10,026 bases of DNA, from the sequence record OP999027.1, one strand, 5' to 3'. The position numbers were made by a program, and so were the translations under genes. Under the pieces are notes generated by a model. The model saw only the letters and a list, made by a program, of their open reading frames with translations. It did not search any database and was not told the DNA's origin. Shown here one piece after another: positions 1-6,692 of the stretch; the first letter of the stretch is position 1; each line of letters begins with the position of its first letter.

Positions 1-246
1 CTGGCAAGGCCCAGAGAAAAGGCTGGAAACCTAGAATTCTAAAATGCAAGAAATGTGGCTTTACGCATGATAGGGACGTTATAGCAGCGTGGAATATTGC
101 TAAAAAATTAGATGTGAGCCTCATGCCCTGGGGCTCAAAGGGGGCCCATGACCCTTACGTGGAGTGGTCAGTGTCCATGATGAACCGTAAGGTTGAGGCC
201 CAACACCCCCTCCTAACTATGGGGTGACAAGGAAGATTGGGTTCAT
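1..246 (+). mobile_element. Right end of an IS200/IS605-family element
   Basis: tnpB 3' end; subterminal hairpin CACCCC(204-209)/GGGGTG(221-226); candidate terminus GGTTCAT at 240-246. The segment is visibly GC-richer (27/60 in 1-60, 36/60 in 121-180) than the flank. The exact last base is inferred. Confidence 0.8.
3..227 (+). CDS. tnpB: C-terminal fragment of IS200/IS605-family TnpB (RNA-guided nuclease), 5'-truncated by the window edge
   Basis: Frame 3, not in the ORF track, translates GKAQRKGWKPRILKCKKCGFTHDRDVIAAWNIAKKLDVSLMPWGSKGAHDPYVEWSVSMMNRKVEAQHPLLTMG*. CxxCG followed by DRDxxAAxNI is the TnpB zinc-ribbon end plus RuvC-III motif. TGA at 225-227. Confidence 0.92.
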   Translation, partial: GKAQRKGWKPRILKCKKCGFTHDRDVIAAWNIAKKLDVSLMPWGSKGAHDPYVEWSVSMMNRKVEAQHPLLTMG

Positions 247-266
247 TACAATAAGCTCTTATGATG
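116..266 (+). ncRNA. Putative TnpB omegaRNA (reRNA): scaffold to about 246, guide about 247-266
   Basis: Stems GAGCC116-120/GGCTC132-136, GGGCC142-146/GGCCC197-201, CCTTACG153-159/CGTAAGG186-192, CACCCC204-209/GGGGTG221-226. ATGAACC180-186 is complementary to GGTTCAT240-246 (pseudoknot geometry). The 5' boundary is uncertain. Confidence 0.7.
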
Positions 267-1242
267 CACTATTATCTTTTTCTAACTTCTCCTTCTTCTC
301 CTTTGCCTCATCCTTCATCTTTTCGATTGCATTTACTACATTCATAATCTCATCGGCATCGGCACCGCTTTTAATGCCTAATTTTATGACCTCTAGTTTA
401 GTATTGACGAGGCGCGCATGTGAATCATTTCTTTCTTTTTTCCCCTCTAGTTCTTTCAACTCCTTTTGTAAGTTATCAAGTGATTCAACAATTTCGTTTA
501 TATGTTTTTCTTTTGGCGCGTCTTGATTTTTCTCTTCATCCTTAGTCTCGTCAATTTTTATGTCGCCCGCTTCAACCTTTTTTAGATACAAAATTAACGC
601 AACGCGAAAAACCGTAGACATCGAAAATCCGTTCTTATGAACGTAGTTAAGGAAACGTCTCTTAAGGTCCCATGGTATCATTGACCTAACGACTATATTT
701 CCCTTATACAATTCATCCTTATTTTCTATCTTATCCTTAATTATATAAGCAAGATCAAGGTGCCCATAATGGTCTAAAAACCACTTTATTACGTCAGGTA
801 TGATGTCCTTAATATTCTTTGGGGTAAATTGTACTATATTGGTAAGCTTTCTATATAGCTCATTACTGATGGAAAAATCAATTTCCACCTTCTCATCCTT
901 TCTCATAGTAACATCGTAAAGATAATCGGTAAGTGCTGCAAAAACAACTAAATCTCGAGAGCTCACTTTATTCTTTTCTACATACTCGTTTAGCATCTTT
1001 ACCATATCGTCTGACAATGAAACAGTAATTATATCCTCAAGCGGTGGTGAATTAGCAGTCAGCTTTTGTTCTAACTTCTTTATTTCCCGTAGCACCGCCC
1101 TGAAGCTTTCATTTTTATGCTTATCAAAAAATATCGATAAGGCCCTAGTGACTATTAGATCTTGATTTTCATTTCGTTTTTCTTGTGCTTTTCTCATCAG
1201 CTCTACTAAACCACGTGGTAATCTAAATGTCAAGTAAGGCAA
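259..1242 (-). CDS. Protein with four tandem ribbon-helix-helix (RHH) domains and a C-terminal coiled coil (~327 aa)
   Basis: RHH-like units: YLTFRLPRGLVELMRKAQEKRNENQDLIVTRALSIFF; IITVSLSDDMVKMLNEYVEKNKVSSRDLVVFAALTDYL; VEIDFSISNELYRKLTNIVQFTPKNIKDIIPDVIKWFL; IVVRSMIPWDLKRRFLNYVHKNGFSMSTVFRVALILYL. Start re-called to TTG 1242 (AGGTGG RBS, directly after the upstream stop at 1253); the ORF track extends it to 1317. Confidence 0.82.
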   Translation of the reverse strand: MPYLTFRLPRGLVELMRKAQEKRNENQDLIVTRALSIFFDKHKNESFRAVLREIKKLEQKLTANSPPLEDIITVSLSDDMVKMLNEYVEKNKVSSRDLVVFAALTDYLYDVTMRKDEKVEIDFSISNELYRKLTNIVQFTPKNIKDIIPDVIKWFLDHYGHLDLAYIIKDKIENKDELYKGNIVVRSMIPWDLKRRFLNYVHKNGFSMSTVFRVALILYLKKVEAGDIKIDETKDEEKNQDAPKEKHINEIVESLDNLQKELKELEGKKERNDSHARLVNTKLEVIKLGIKSGADADEIMNVVNAIEKMKDEAKEKKEKLEKDNSAS

Positions 1243-1252
1243 GATGGGCCAC

Positions 1253-2062
1253 CTATGTAGCGAACAGATAATTTTCAGTCTTTGAGGCCGGTGCTGCAAG
1301 CCGCAGAGCCAATTCATCCTTATGCTTTATAGCGAAGATTTTAGACTTTCCGCTGCGTATCTGATCTTGATATGTTTTGCTCAATTCTTCTGCATAACTC
1401 TTTAACACAGCTTCTATATCATTATTATAATCAGCCAGGCTAACTTTCTTTTCCTCAAAAAACCAATTATTGCTTCCTAACATACCAGCAGCAACTAAGT
1501 CCATTTTCGTATCTGCATAAAATACGTCAGCTTCGATAAACGTATCATTACCGTCTATAGGTATAGTGTATCTTTTTAGCTTCTTCATCGCCGTATTTAT
1601 CATATTCATCTTAACCTCCTTATCATGCTCAACATAAGCCAAAGGATCATAGGTAAAGCCAGCTCTTTCGATAAAGTCATTGAAGACATAAATTAGTGGG
1701 GATAAGCCAGACATTATTATTATCAATAGCCTATCTTTAGCCGCATCTAGGTCAAACAAATACTCGCTGTTATGATCGACATTTATTTCAAAAATGAAAG
1801 TGAACATTATTTTTAGTTTTTCTTTGTTGGCAGTGTTATATAGTCTAACACTTAGGTTTATCGCATATGTTGTTTGATTAATCTTTGATATATCTTTCTT
1901 TATGCTAGCTATTTTATAGTTGTACAAGGCGAAAGGCAATAGGCCTTTCTTATATAGCGCGAGACTGTTTCTTAACACGTAGTGTACAAGATCTTCTAAA
2001 GTCTTTTCTTTTACCTTTAAGTGGAGTTGTGTTTTTTCGGGTTCGGATTGGATCTCAAACAT
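1253..2062 (-). CDS. Hypothetical protein (269 aa) with a probable single N-terminal RHH and an unassigned alpha/beta C-terminal region
   Basis: ATG with GGCGGT RBS downstream of a TATA box. QLHLKVKEKTLEDLVHYVLRNSLALYKKGLLPFALYNY aligns with RHH2 of the neighbouring protein (L..YV..N......L..F.AL..Y). Remainder not recognised. Confidence 0.75.
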   Translation of the reverse strand: MFEIQSEPEKTQLHLKVKEKTLEDLVHYVLRNSLALYKKGLLPFALYNYKIASIKKDISKINQTTYAINLSVRLYNTANKEKLKIMFTFIFEINVDHNSEYLFDLDAAKDRLLIIIMSGLSPLIYVFNDFIERAGFTYDPLAYVEHDKEVKMNMINTAMKKLKRYTIPIDGNDTFIEADVFYADTKMDLVAAGMLGSNNWFFEEKKVSLADYNNDIEAVLKSYAEELSKTYQDQIRSGKSKIFAIKHKDELALRLAAPASKTENYLFAT

Positions 2063-2233
2063 TTTACCGCCGATTATTACTGTAGTTATTTAAGCTTATA
2101 AAACTTTCTATCATGAGCTTCATAGCCAAATACGTAAAATTACGTGTTAACATAACAGTATAGTCACAAAAACATAAGGGGAAAAAGGGACTTCACCAAA
2201 ATTGTAGAACTGACATTACAATTCTGTAATTTT
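2060..2233 (-). promoter_or_regulatory. Intergenic cassette copy 1: oligo-T terminator, 36-bp inverted repeat, 14-bp palindrome, BRE/TATA, leader
   Basis: Minus strand GAAAG-TTTTATAAG (2095-2108) is a BRE+TATA. Perfect palindrome ACGTAA-AA-TTACGT 2132-2145; IR AAAATTGTAGAA-N12-TTCTGTAATTTT 2198-2233. About 80% identical by hand to 7197-7340. Confidence 0.8.
2178..2190 (-). terminator. Pyrimidine/oligo-T terminator candidate for the RHH operon ending at 2243
   Basis: Minus strand TCCCTTTTTCCCC about 55 nt after the stop codon; same relative position as the T7 tracts in cassette copies 2 and 3. Confidence 0.5.
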
Positions 2234-2242
2234 ACCAAAAAT

Positions 2243-3487
2243 TTACAAGAGTAGAATTTTAACATTATCTTTATCGATTTCCTTTAGGTAACCGTGATTC
2301 TTAAATGATTCGAACAACTCCGTTGTATTTCTGACAGATTTTATTTTCTTCATCGCGTCTTGGATATCTTGCTTCTTTACTACTGTTCCTTTTTTTAGCC
2401 CAGGATAAAGGCCCGTCTTTAAATCTTCCAAAATTCTTTGCCATACTACGTAAGTTTTAATATCAGACTTTCCAGAGAATCGTTTCTTTGTCCATTGTCT
2501 CAATATTTTTGCTATAATTTTGCCAACTTCAAGCTTAATCGCACTTTCATTAACGCTTAGCTTATAACCATGATGATACCTAAGTATGACATATTCTTTT
2601 AGCAAGTTATAAAGTCGTCCTGATAATGGTACACTGACAAAACGACTTGCACGTCTAGGTTTGGGTTTATTATTTTGTTTCGGTGGGTCATTAGGTGGGT
2701 CATTTGCTTCTTCATTTTGTATAACCTTCTGTTGTTCTGCAGTACTTCCATTCAGCAAATTCAAATGATTCATAATTGCGAGGCGAATAATAGCGCCTTT
2801 AGAAACTAGCGTCTGTTCCGAAATTTTTTCTAATTGTAGTAAAACGCGTATAGGCAACTTTATAGGGAGCTCTTTTTGAGGACCCTTTCCAGAAAATAAG
2901 TTGCTAGCAGTCTCGTGCAGCCTTTTGATTTCCTCAGAGTTATCATCATATTTTTTCAAAAACTCATCAATAGCCTCCCTTATAAGGTCACTTATTGTTA
3001 TGCGTTTTTTTATTACTTCATTCTCAAGGAGTTTGTGTAACTCGTTACTATACTTAAAGCTTGTCTGAACCAACACGTTAAGATCTCCGAAATCTGAAGC
3101 CTCTTGTAGTTTCGTTTTATGCCTTAGCTCATCCCTAGCTCTAGACAATATTTCTTTTACTTTTTCTATATAAGGCCTTTTCTGTCTATCATCAAGATTA
3201 AGGAAGTTATTTATCATGCTCCAAACTATTCTCATAATCGAAAATCCTCTTGAGTTGACATAAATGCGGATCTTCTCCATAGCATCTTCTGGTAATGTTA
3301 AAGAAATTCTTTTTAACTCTTCTTTATTATAATTGGGTGGTAGTGATTCTATAGAGTCTGAAGGATTTTCGGCAAATGCAATAATAGCCGCCCTCATCAA
3401 AAGCCCACCAGGTACACCAAGCCGTTCTGCCTCTTCTACTACTTTATCTAATAATGTTTCAGGAATGATGAAGGTCAGAGACTTCAT
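2243..3487 (-). CDS. Multi-RHH protein (four clear RHH, a possible fifth) with Pro-rich linker and C-terminal winged-helix-like domain (~414 aa)
   Basis: RHH units start at SLTFIIP, RISLTLP, QTSFKYS, ELPIKLP, and possibly FVSVPLS. The C-terminus KKQDIQDAMKKIKSVRNTTELFESFKNHGYLKEIDKDNVKIL has a helix-helix-beta-hairpin wHTH pattern. The first ~250 aa are collinear with the 270-aa neighbour. ATG 3487 preferred over GTG 3496. Confidence 0.85.
   Translation of the reverse strand: MKSLTFIIPETLLDKVVEEAERLGVPGGLLMRAAIIAFAENPSDSIESLPPNYNKEELKRISLTLPEDAMEKIRIYVNSRGFSIMRIVWSMINNFLNLDDRQKRPYIEKVKEILSRARDELRHKTKLQEASDFGDLNVLVQTSFKYSNELHKLLENEVIKKRITISDLIREAIDEFLKKYDDNSEEIKRLHETASNLFSGKGPQKELPIKLPIRVLLQLEKISEQTLVSKGAIIRLAIMNHLNLLNGSTAEQQKVIQNEEANDPPNDPPKQNNKPKPRRASRFVSVPLSGRLYNLLKEYVILRYHHGYKLSVNESAIKLEVGKIIAKILRQWTKKRFSGKSDIKTYVVWQRILEDLKTGLYPGLKKGTVVKKQDIQDAMKKIKSVRNTTELFESFKNHGYLKEIDKDNVKILLL
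2682..2704. repeat. 11-bp direct repeat (period 12) encoding NDPP-NDPP in the linker
   Basis: GGTGGGTCATT at 2682-2692 and 2694-2704. Confidence 0.8.
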
Positions 3488-3492
3488 TCTTA

Positions 3493-4305
3493 TCACGCTA
3501 CCAGTGTTGTGTTTGCTTTGCTAACACTTTGCATAACCTCTTGATGTACGTCAACCAAGTTCAGATATCTCACAATTGCAAGGCGAATGAGCATAGCCCT
3601 AGACACATTAATCTTATCAGCTATTTTAGTTAGCTGTAATAGCATATATGCAGGCACTTTTAAGGAACAATCCTTAGCCGAAACTTCGATATAATACAGA
3701 TGTTTAGCAGCCTCATATAGCTTTTCGATTTTCTCAAAGTTATTACCATATTTCTGCAAAAGATCATCAATAGCCCTTCTTACAAGTTCACTTGCCGTTA
3801 TTCCTCTTTCACGTACCTCTTTTGCAAGTAGTTTACGTAAGTCATCTAGACATCTAAAACTTATTGGAACCAGCCGATAAGGTTCTTTTGAAGCAATATT
3901 TTCCAGTAATTGAAGCGAATGCTCTTTGTCTCGTTTTCTCTTTCTCTTCTCTGTTATCTTTCTTACCTCTTTTTTGATATAGATTAGTTTTTGCTCATCA
4001 CTTAAATTAAGAAAATCGGCTACCGTCCTCTCCGCTACTTTTCTCGCCGGAAGGCCTTTTGCAGCAGCGTAAGAATAAATTTTTTCTAAAGTGTCTTTTT
4101 GCAATGCTAAACAAACTTTTGTTATTTCTTTTCGTCCAGACCCGCCGATTGCGTTTGGTAATGGTTTTATAGAGTCTGGCGGGTTTTCTGCAAACGTCTG
4201 AATTGCAGCACTCAGCAAAAGTGTTCGTTTTACATTAAAACGCGACGCTTCTTCATTTACCTTGTTAAGTAAAGAGATACGTATTGAAAAGCATAAATAT
4301 GCCAT
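3493..4305 (-). CDS. Four-RHH protein (~270 aa), paralog of the N-terminal part of the 414-aa protein
   Basis: RHH units at YLCFSIR, KVCLALQ, PISFRCL, CSLKVPA. Motifs shared with the neighbour include FAENP.DSI..LP, FLNL.D.QK..YI, LLQL.KI and IRLAI...LNL. ATG 4305 follows GGGTGA RBS (track start GTG 4314). Confidence 0.87.
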   Translation of the reverse strand: MAYLCFSIRISLLNKVNEEASRFNVKRTLLLSAAIQTFAENPPDSIKPLPNAIGGSGRKEITKVCLALQKDTLEKIYSYAAAKGLPARKVAERTVADFLNLSDEQKLIYIKKEVRKITEKRKRKRDKEHSLQLLENIASKEPYRLVPISFRCLDDLRKLLAKEVRERGITASELVRRAIDDLLQKYGNNFEKIEKLYEAAKHLYYIEVSAKDCSLKVPAYMLLQLTKIADKINVSRAMLIRLAIVRYLNLVDVHQEVMQSVSKANTTLVA

Positions 4306-4316
4306 TTTTATCACCC

Positions 4317-4637
4317 TTACACTAGCTTGAAATAGGCTGCTAATGCAGTCCGTATGAGGTCGCTCTTATTCGTTCTTATTTTTTCTGCTACAATATCTAG
4401 CTGAGTGTTGAGACTCTCAGGAAGCCTTATGGAAATTACGTACTTACCTGAATAGGGAGAAGTCTTTTTGCTTAACTCCATTATCTCATCATTATTATGC
4501 TGTAAAAGCCTCATCACTGCCTCCTTTATAATTGCGGTTTTTGTGGTGTTAGTTTTTTCAGCCTCTTCCTTTAGCTTTAAAATAAGGCTAGATGCACACT
4601 TGAAGCTTATCTGTTTTAAGGGTTCTTTCTCTAACAT
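4317..4637 (-). CDS. Two-RHH protein (106 aa), CopG/Arc-like single-chain tandem RHH
   Basis: KQISFKCASSLILKLKEEAEKTNTTKTAIIKEAVMRLL and YVISIRLPESLNTQLDIVAEKIRTNKSDLIRTALAAYF are both textbook RHH patterns. ATG 4637 with GGTGGT RBS (track start GTG 4655 lies in the leader). Confidence 0.9.
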   Translation of the reverse strand: MLEKEPLKQISFKCASSLILKLKEEAEKTNTTKTAIIKEAVMRLLQHNNDEIMELSKKTSPYSGKYVISIRLPESLNTQLDIVAEKIRTNKSDLIRTALAAYFKLV

Positions 4638-4790
4638 TTTACCACCAATTAACACTGTAGTTTTTCTAGATTAAAAAACTATCTATCATGAGTTACATAA
4701 AGAAAACCGTAAAATCTTGTGATATTATGAAACGATGATCACGTAAAATGATTGTTAAAAAAAGGAATTTGCCAAAATTGGTGAATTCTG
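4635..4790 (-). promoter_or_regulatory. Intergenic cassette copy 2 (distal inverted repeat truncated by the upstream gene end)
   Basis: TTAAAAAACTATCTATCATGA at 4671-4691 is identical to 7202-7222. CGTAAAAT, GAAACGAT, A7-GG (4757-4765) and CCAAAATTG are collinear with the other copies. Leader 4635-4662 matches 2060-2087 at 24/28. Confidence 0.75.
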
Positions 4791-4791
4791 T

Positions 4792-5364
4792 CTAGTTATT
4801 CATATTATCATTAATTTTCATTATAATATTCGCTATCGTTTTAAAGGCTAATTTGCCATAAGGATAAAGTTCGATTTGAATGTTTTTAGAAGCCTCATAA
4901 ACTATCTTGTAATGGTGTTTAGGCAAAACCGCAACTATTCTTTTATGGATATTGTGGGCATGAGAGAGTGCAATGGAAAGTAGTTTGATGAACTCTTGTT
5001 TTTCTTCTTCAGTCATCAAAGAAGGAGGATAATCATAAGAATTGAAAGGGTAACAGTTCTCTAATTCTCTAGGGACTAACAACATCGGCTCAGAGACAGA
5101 ATACACTTGAACCTTATCCTCAAGTTTATACTTTCGTAGCAAGGAATAAGCTAGTTTGTGTGTGGCTGACTTATTATAAGGCTTAACTGATGTACAAGGT
5201 AATAAAAGCGCTATTTCTTTTTTGGAATACCAGTTGTTGAGAAAGTACTCATGCCATTTTTTTACCACAGGATGTTGGAATGGGTCAAAGCCAGGCTTTT
5301 TTATTATTTTTTCGCCTGAGCCAAGATACTTCTCTAAGGGTTCACAGCCTTCTACATAACTCAT
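4792..5364 (-). CDS. Stand-alone ArcS-like catalytic domain (DUF5591-type; archaeosine synthase C1 region), no PUA domain
   Basis: PCTSVKPYNKSATH (aa 56-69, nt 5158-5199) matches the ArcS signature PCx3KPYx2Sx2H exactly; followed by VSEPMLLVPRELE..YP...YDYP, typical of this domain. Only 190 aa. Confidence 0.85.
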   Translation of the reverse strand: MSYVEGCEPLEKYLGSGEKIIKKPGFDPFQHPVVKKWHEYFLNNWYSKKEIALLLPCTSVKPYNKSATHKLAYSLLRKYKLEDKVQVYSVSEPMLLVPRELENCYPFNSYDYPPSLMTEEEKQEFIKLLSIALSHAHNIHKRIVAVLPKHHYKIVYEASKNIQIELYPYGKLAFKTIANIIMKINDNMNN

Positions 5365-6205
5365 TTATTTCCGCCTCTGGGTCTGTTATATTATGAGAGT
5401 ACTTAATAAGAGGGTGATCTGCCTCATACTCACTATGTAGCAAGACCCATACATTAATAAATGATCTATCTATCCAATTGTCAAACCTTATAGGAAATGG
5501 GTAGTGAGTCTTCTCTAGAAAGTCCTTAAGTGATTCAAGTTCATCTTCACTAATTCTTCTAGCACCCCAACTTATTTTTCTCTCTCCAACATACCTTTCT
5601 CCTTTTCCAGGCAATAACACCATACCATGTATTGCCTTTACTCTATAAGTTGATGTGTCAACACTATCAGCATCATAAAAAACCTTTCTCATGAAAGGAG
5701 AACCAGCACCTAAAACGTGAATTTTACCCTTCCATTCTTTTCTAACAAGGCGATACATCGCAACTGCTAGCTTTTGACTGGCTACCTTATTAAGAGATGG
5801 TGGAACTATCCCACCAAATGCGATATAATCCGTATATTGAGAGTAGAAATCAATAGCCTTTTTAATGCTTTCAACATCATAAGCGTGAATGACTGGTATT
5901 ATATTCTTATCCAGTTTCGTGTATAAGTACTCAAAATGCTTGAAATTAAGCTCTGAAGGCTTTTCGCAAGGTGTTGCAGGTATATCGAGACTAATGTAAT
6001 AGTCTGCATCAAGCCTCTTGTATTTATCTAATACGGCATCTACACTAATCTGCATTTTTTTAACCATTATTTGATAGCCACCAGAATCTACCCACGTTTC
6101 ATTTTCCCATTCTACAAAGTCCCACACAAGCTGATTAATCATCAGTGGTACACCTAACTCCCATAACTTCACCCTACTATCAGGCAAACCTAAAATAATC
6201 TTCAT
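5342..6205 (-). CDS. tRNA-guanine transglycosylase-fold protein, DpdA-like (candidate DNA 7-deazaguanine transglycosylase)
   Basis: TGT motifs DSGGYQ, SLDIP, PVIH, FGG, HVLGAGSP and DSVDTST, with both catalytic Asp positions present. No CxCxxC zinc site and no PUA domain; His where tRNA TGTs have QG. ATG 6205 preferred; the track start GTG 6247 overlaps the upstream gene. Confidence 0.85.
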   Translation of the reverse strand: MKIILGLPDSRVKLWELGVPLMINQLVWDFVEWENETWVDSGGYQIMVKKMQISVDAVLDKYKRLDADYYISLDIPATPCEKPSELNFKHFEYLYTKLDKNIIPVIHAYDVESIKKAIDFYSQYTDYIAFGGIVPPSLNKVASQKLAVAMYRLVRKEWKGKIHVLGAGSPFMRKVFYDADSVDTSTYRVKAIHGMVLLPGKGERYVGERKISWGARRISEDELESLKDFLEKTHYPFPIRFDNWIDRSFINVWVLLHSEYEADHPLIKYSHNITDPEAEINELCRRL

Positions 6206-6224
6206 ATCCTTACCATTTTTCTCC

Positions 6225-6677
6225 CTATATGTTAAATACCATTTCACGTATGGTTTTGATTGTATTTCTTACAAATCTCGCCTTCTTCATCGTCAGTGGG
6301 GTCTGATTCAGTTTTAGCTGAAGATGCTGAATAAAGTAGAACATCAAGATTCTGTGAGCCTTTTTTGCCCTTTCATTTTCGTATTCCGGAACGACGTAAA
6401 CTACATTCAAGGCGAGTACATCTCTCCAGCTTTCTATGTGAACATACATCTGCAGAACTTCCTGGAGATGAATGAGATATTCCTGAATTTTCGTATTATC
6501 TTCTAATGTTCTCAAGATTTTTGCTAACATGTAGATGATCTCGTCCAATGTTGCATTCTCTGGATTCTCAATACCAAGCTCTTGCAAAAATTGGAGGCCT
6601 TCTTGATCTTGCGCCACTTCTTCCTTTATGCTCTCCCACGATTCGTTACTTAACCCCTCCGGAACGATATTTATCAT
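6225..6677 (-). CDS. Hypothetical all-alpha protein (150 aa), tandem paralog of 6693-7163
   Basis: Roughly half of residues identical to the neighbour by hand alignment (e.g. YVVP.Y..ERAKKAH..LMFY.IQ.LQ). Both are preceded by GG-rich RBS + AAAAAC-ATG-ATA. Confidence 0.85.
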   Translation of the reverse strand: MINIVPEGLSNESWESIKEEVAQDQEGLQFLQELGIENPENATLDEIIYMLAKILRTLEDNTKIQEYLIHLQEVLQMYVHIESWRDVLALNVVYVVPEYENERAKKAHRILMFYFIQHLQLKLNQTPLTMKKARFVRNTIKTIREMVFNI

Positions 6678-6692
6678 GTTTTTCTTACCCCC

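Noticed and set aside
224-526. + strand 100-aa ORF
   Set aside because: F/S-rich antisense shadow of the K/E-rich coiled-coil tail; it starts inside the IS end.
1243-1317. Track N-terminal extension MNWLCGLQHRPQRLKIICSLHRWPI
   Set aside because: Overlaps the upstream gene by 65 nt. The RBS-preceded TTG at 1242 puts the RHH strand at the N-terminus, as in the paralogs.
2074-2108. AGTAATA (aCcr1/CCR-box-like) and ACTTTC (DNA-damage ANTTTC-like) motifs in cassette 1
   Set aside because: Short motifs expected by chance in AT-rich DNA and not conserved in copies 2 and 3; ACTTTC is simply the BRE complement.
3333-3524. + strand 63-aa ORF
   Set aside because: Lies wholly antisense to two well-supported RHH genes; no promoter or recognisable motif.
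4468-4674. + strand 68-aa hydrophobic ORF
   Set aside because: Antisense to the di-RHH gene and its promoter; the hydrophobicity mirrors AAA/GAA codons on the real strand.
5342-6205. Call as housekeeping archaeosine tRNA transglycosylase (tgtA), or as the N-terminal half of a split ArcS
   Set aside because: Too short and lacking zinc and PUA domains for arcTGT. It retains the catalytic motifs, unlike the degenerate ArcS barrel.
6324-6506. + strand 60-aa ORF
   Set aside because: Antisense shadow of the 150-aa gene, which is validated by its paralog.
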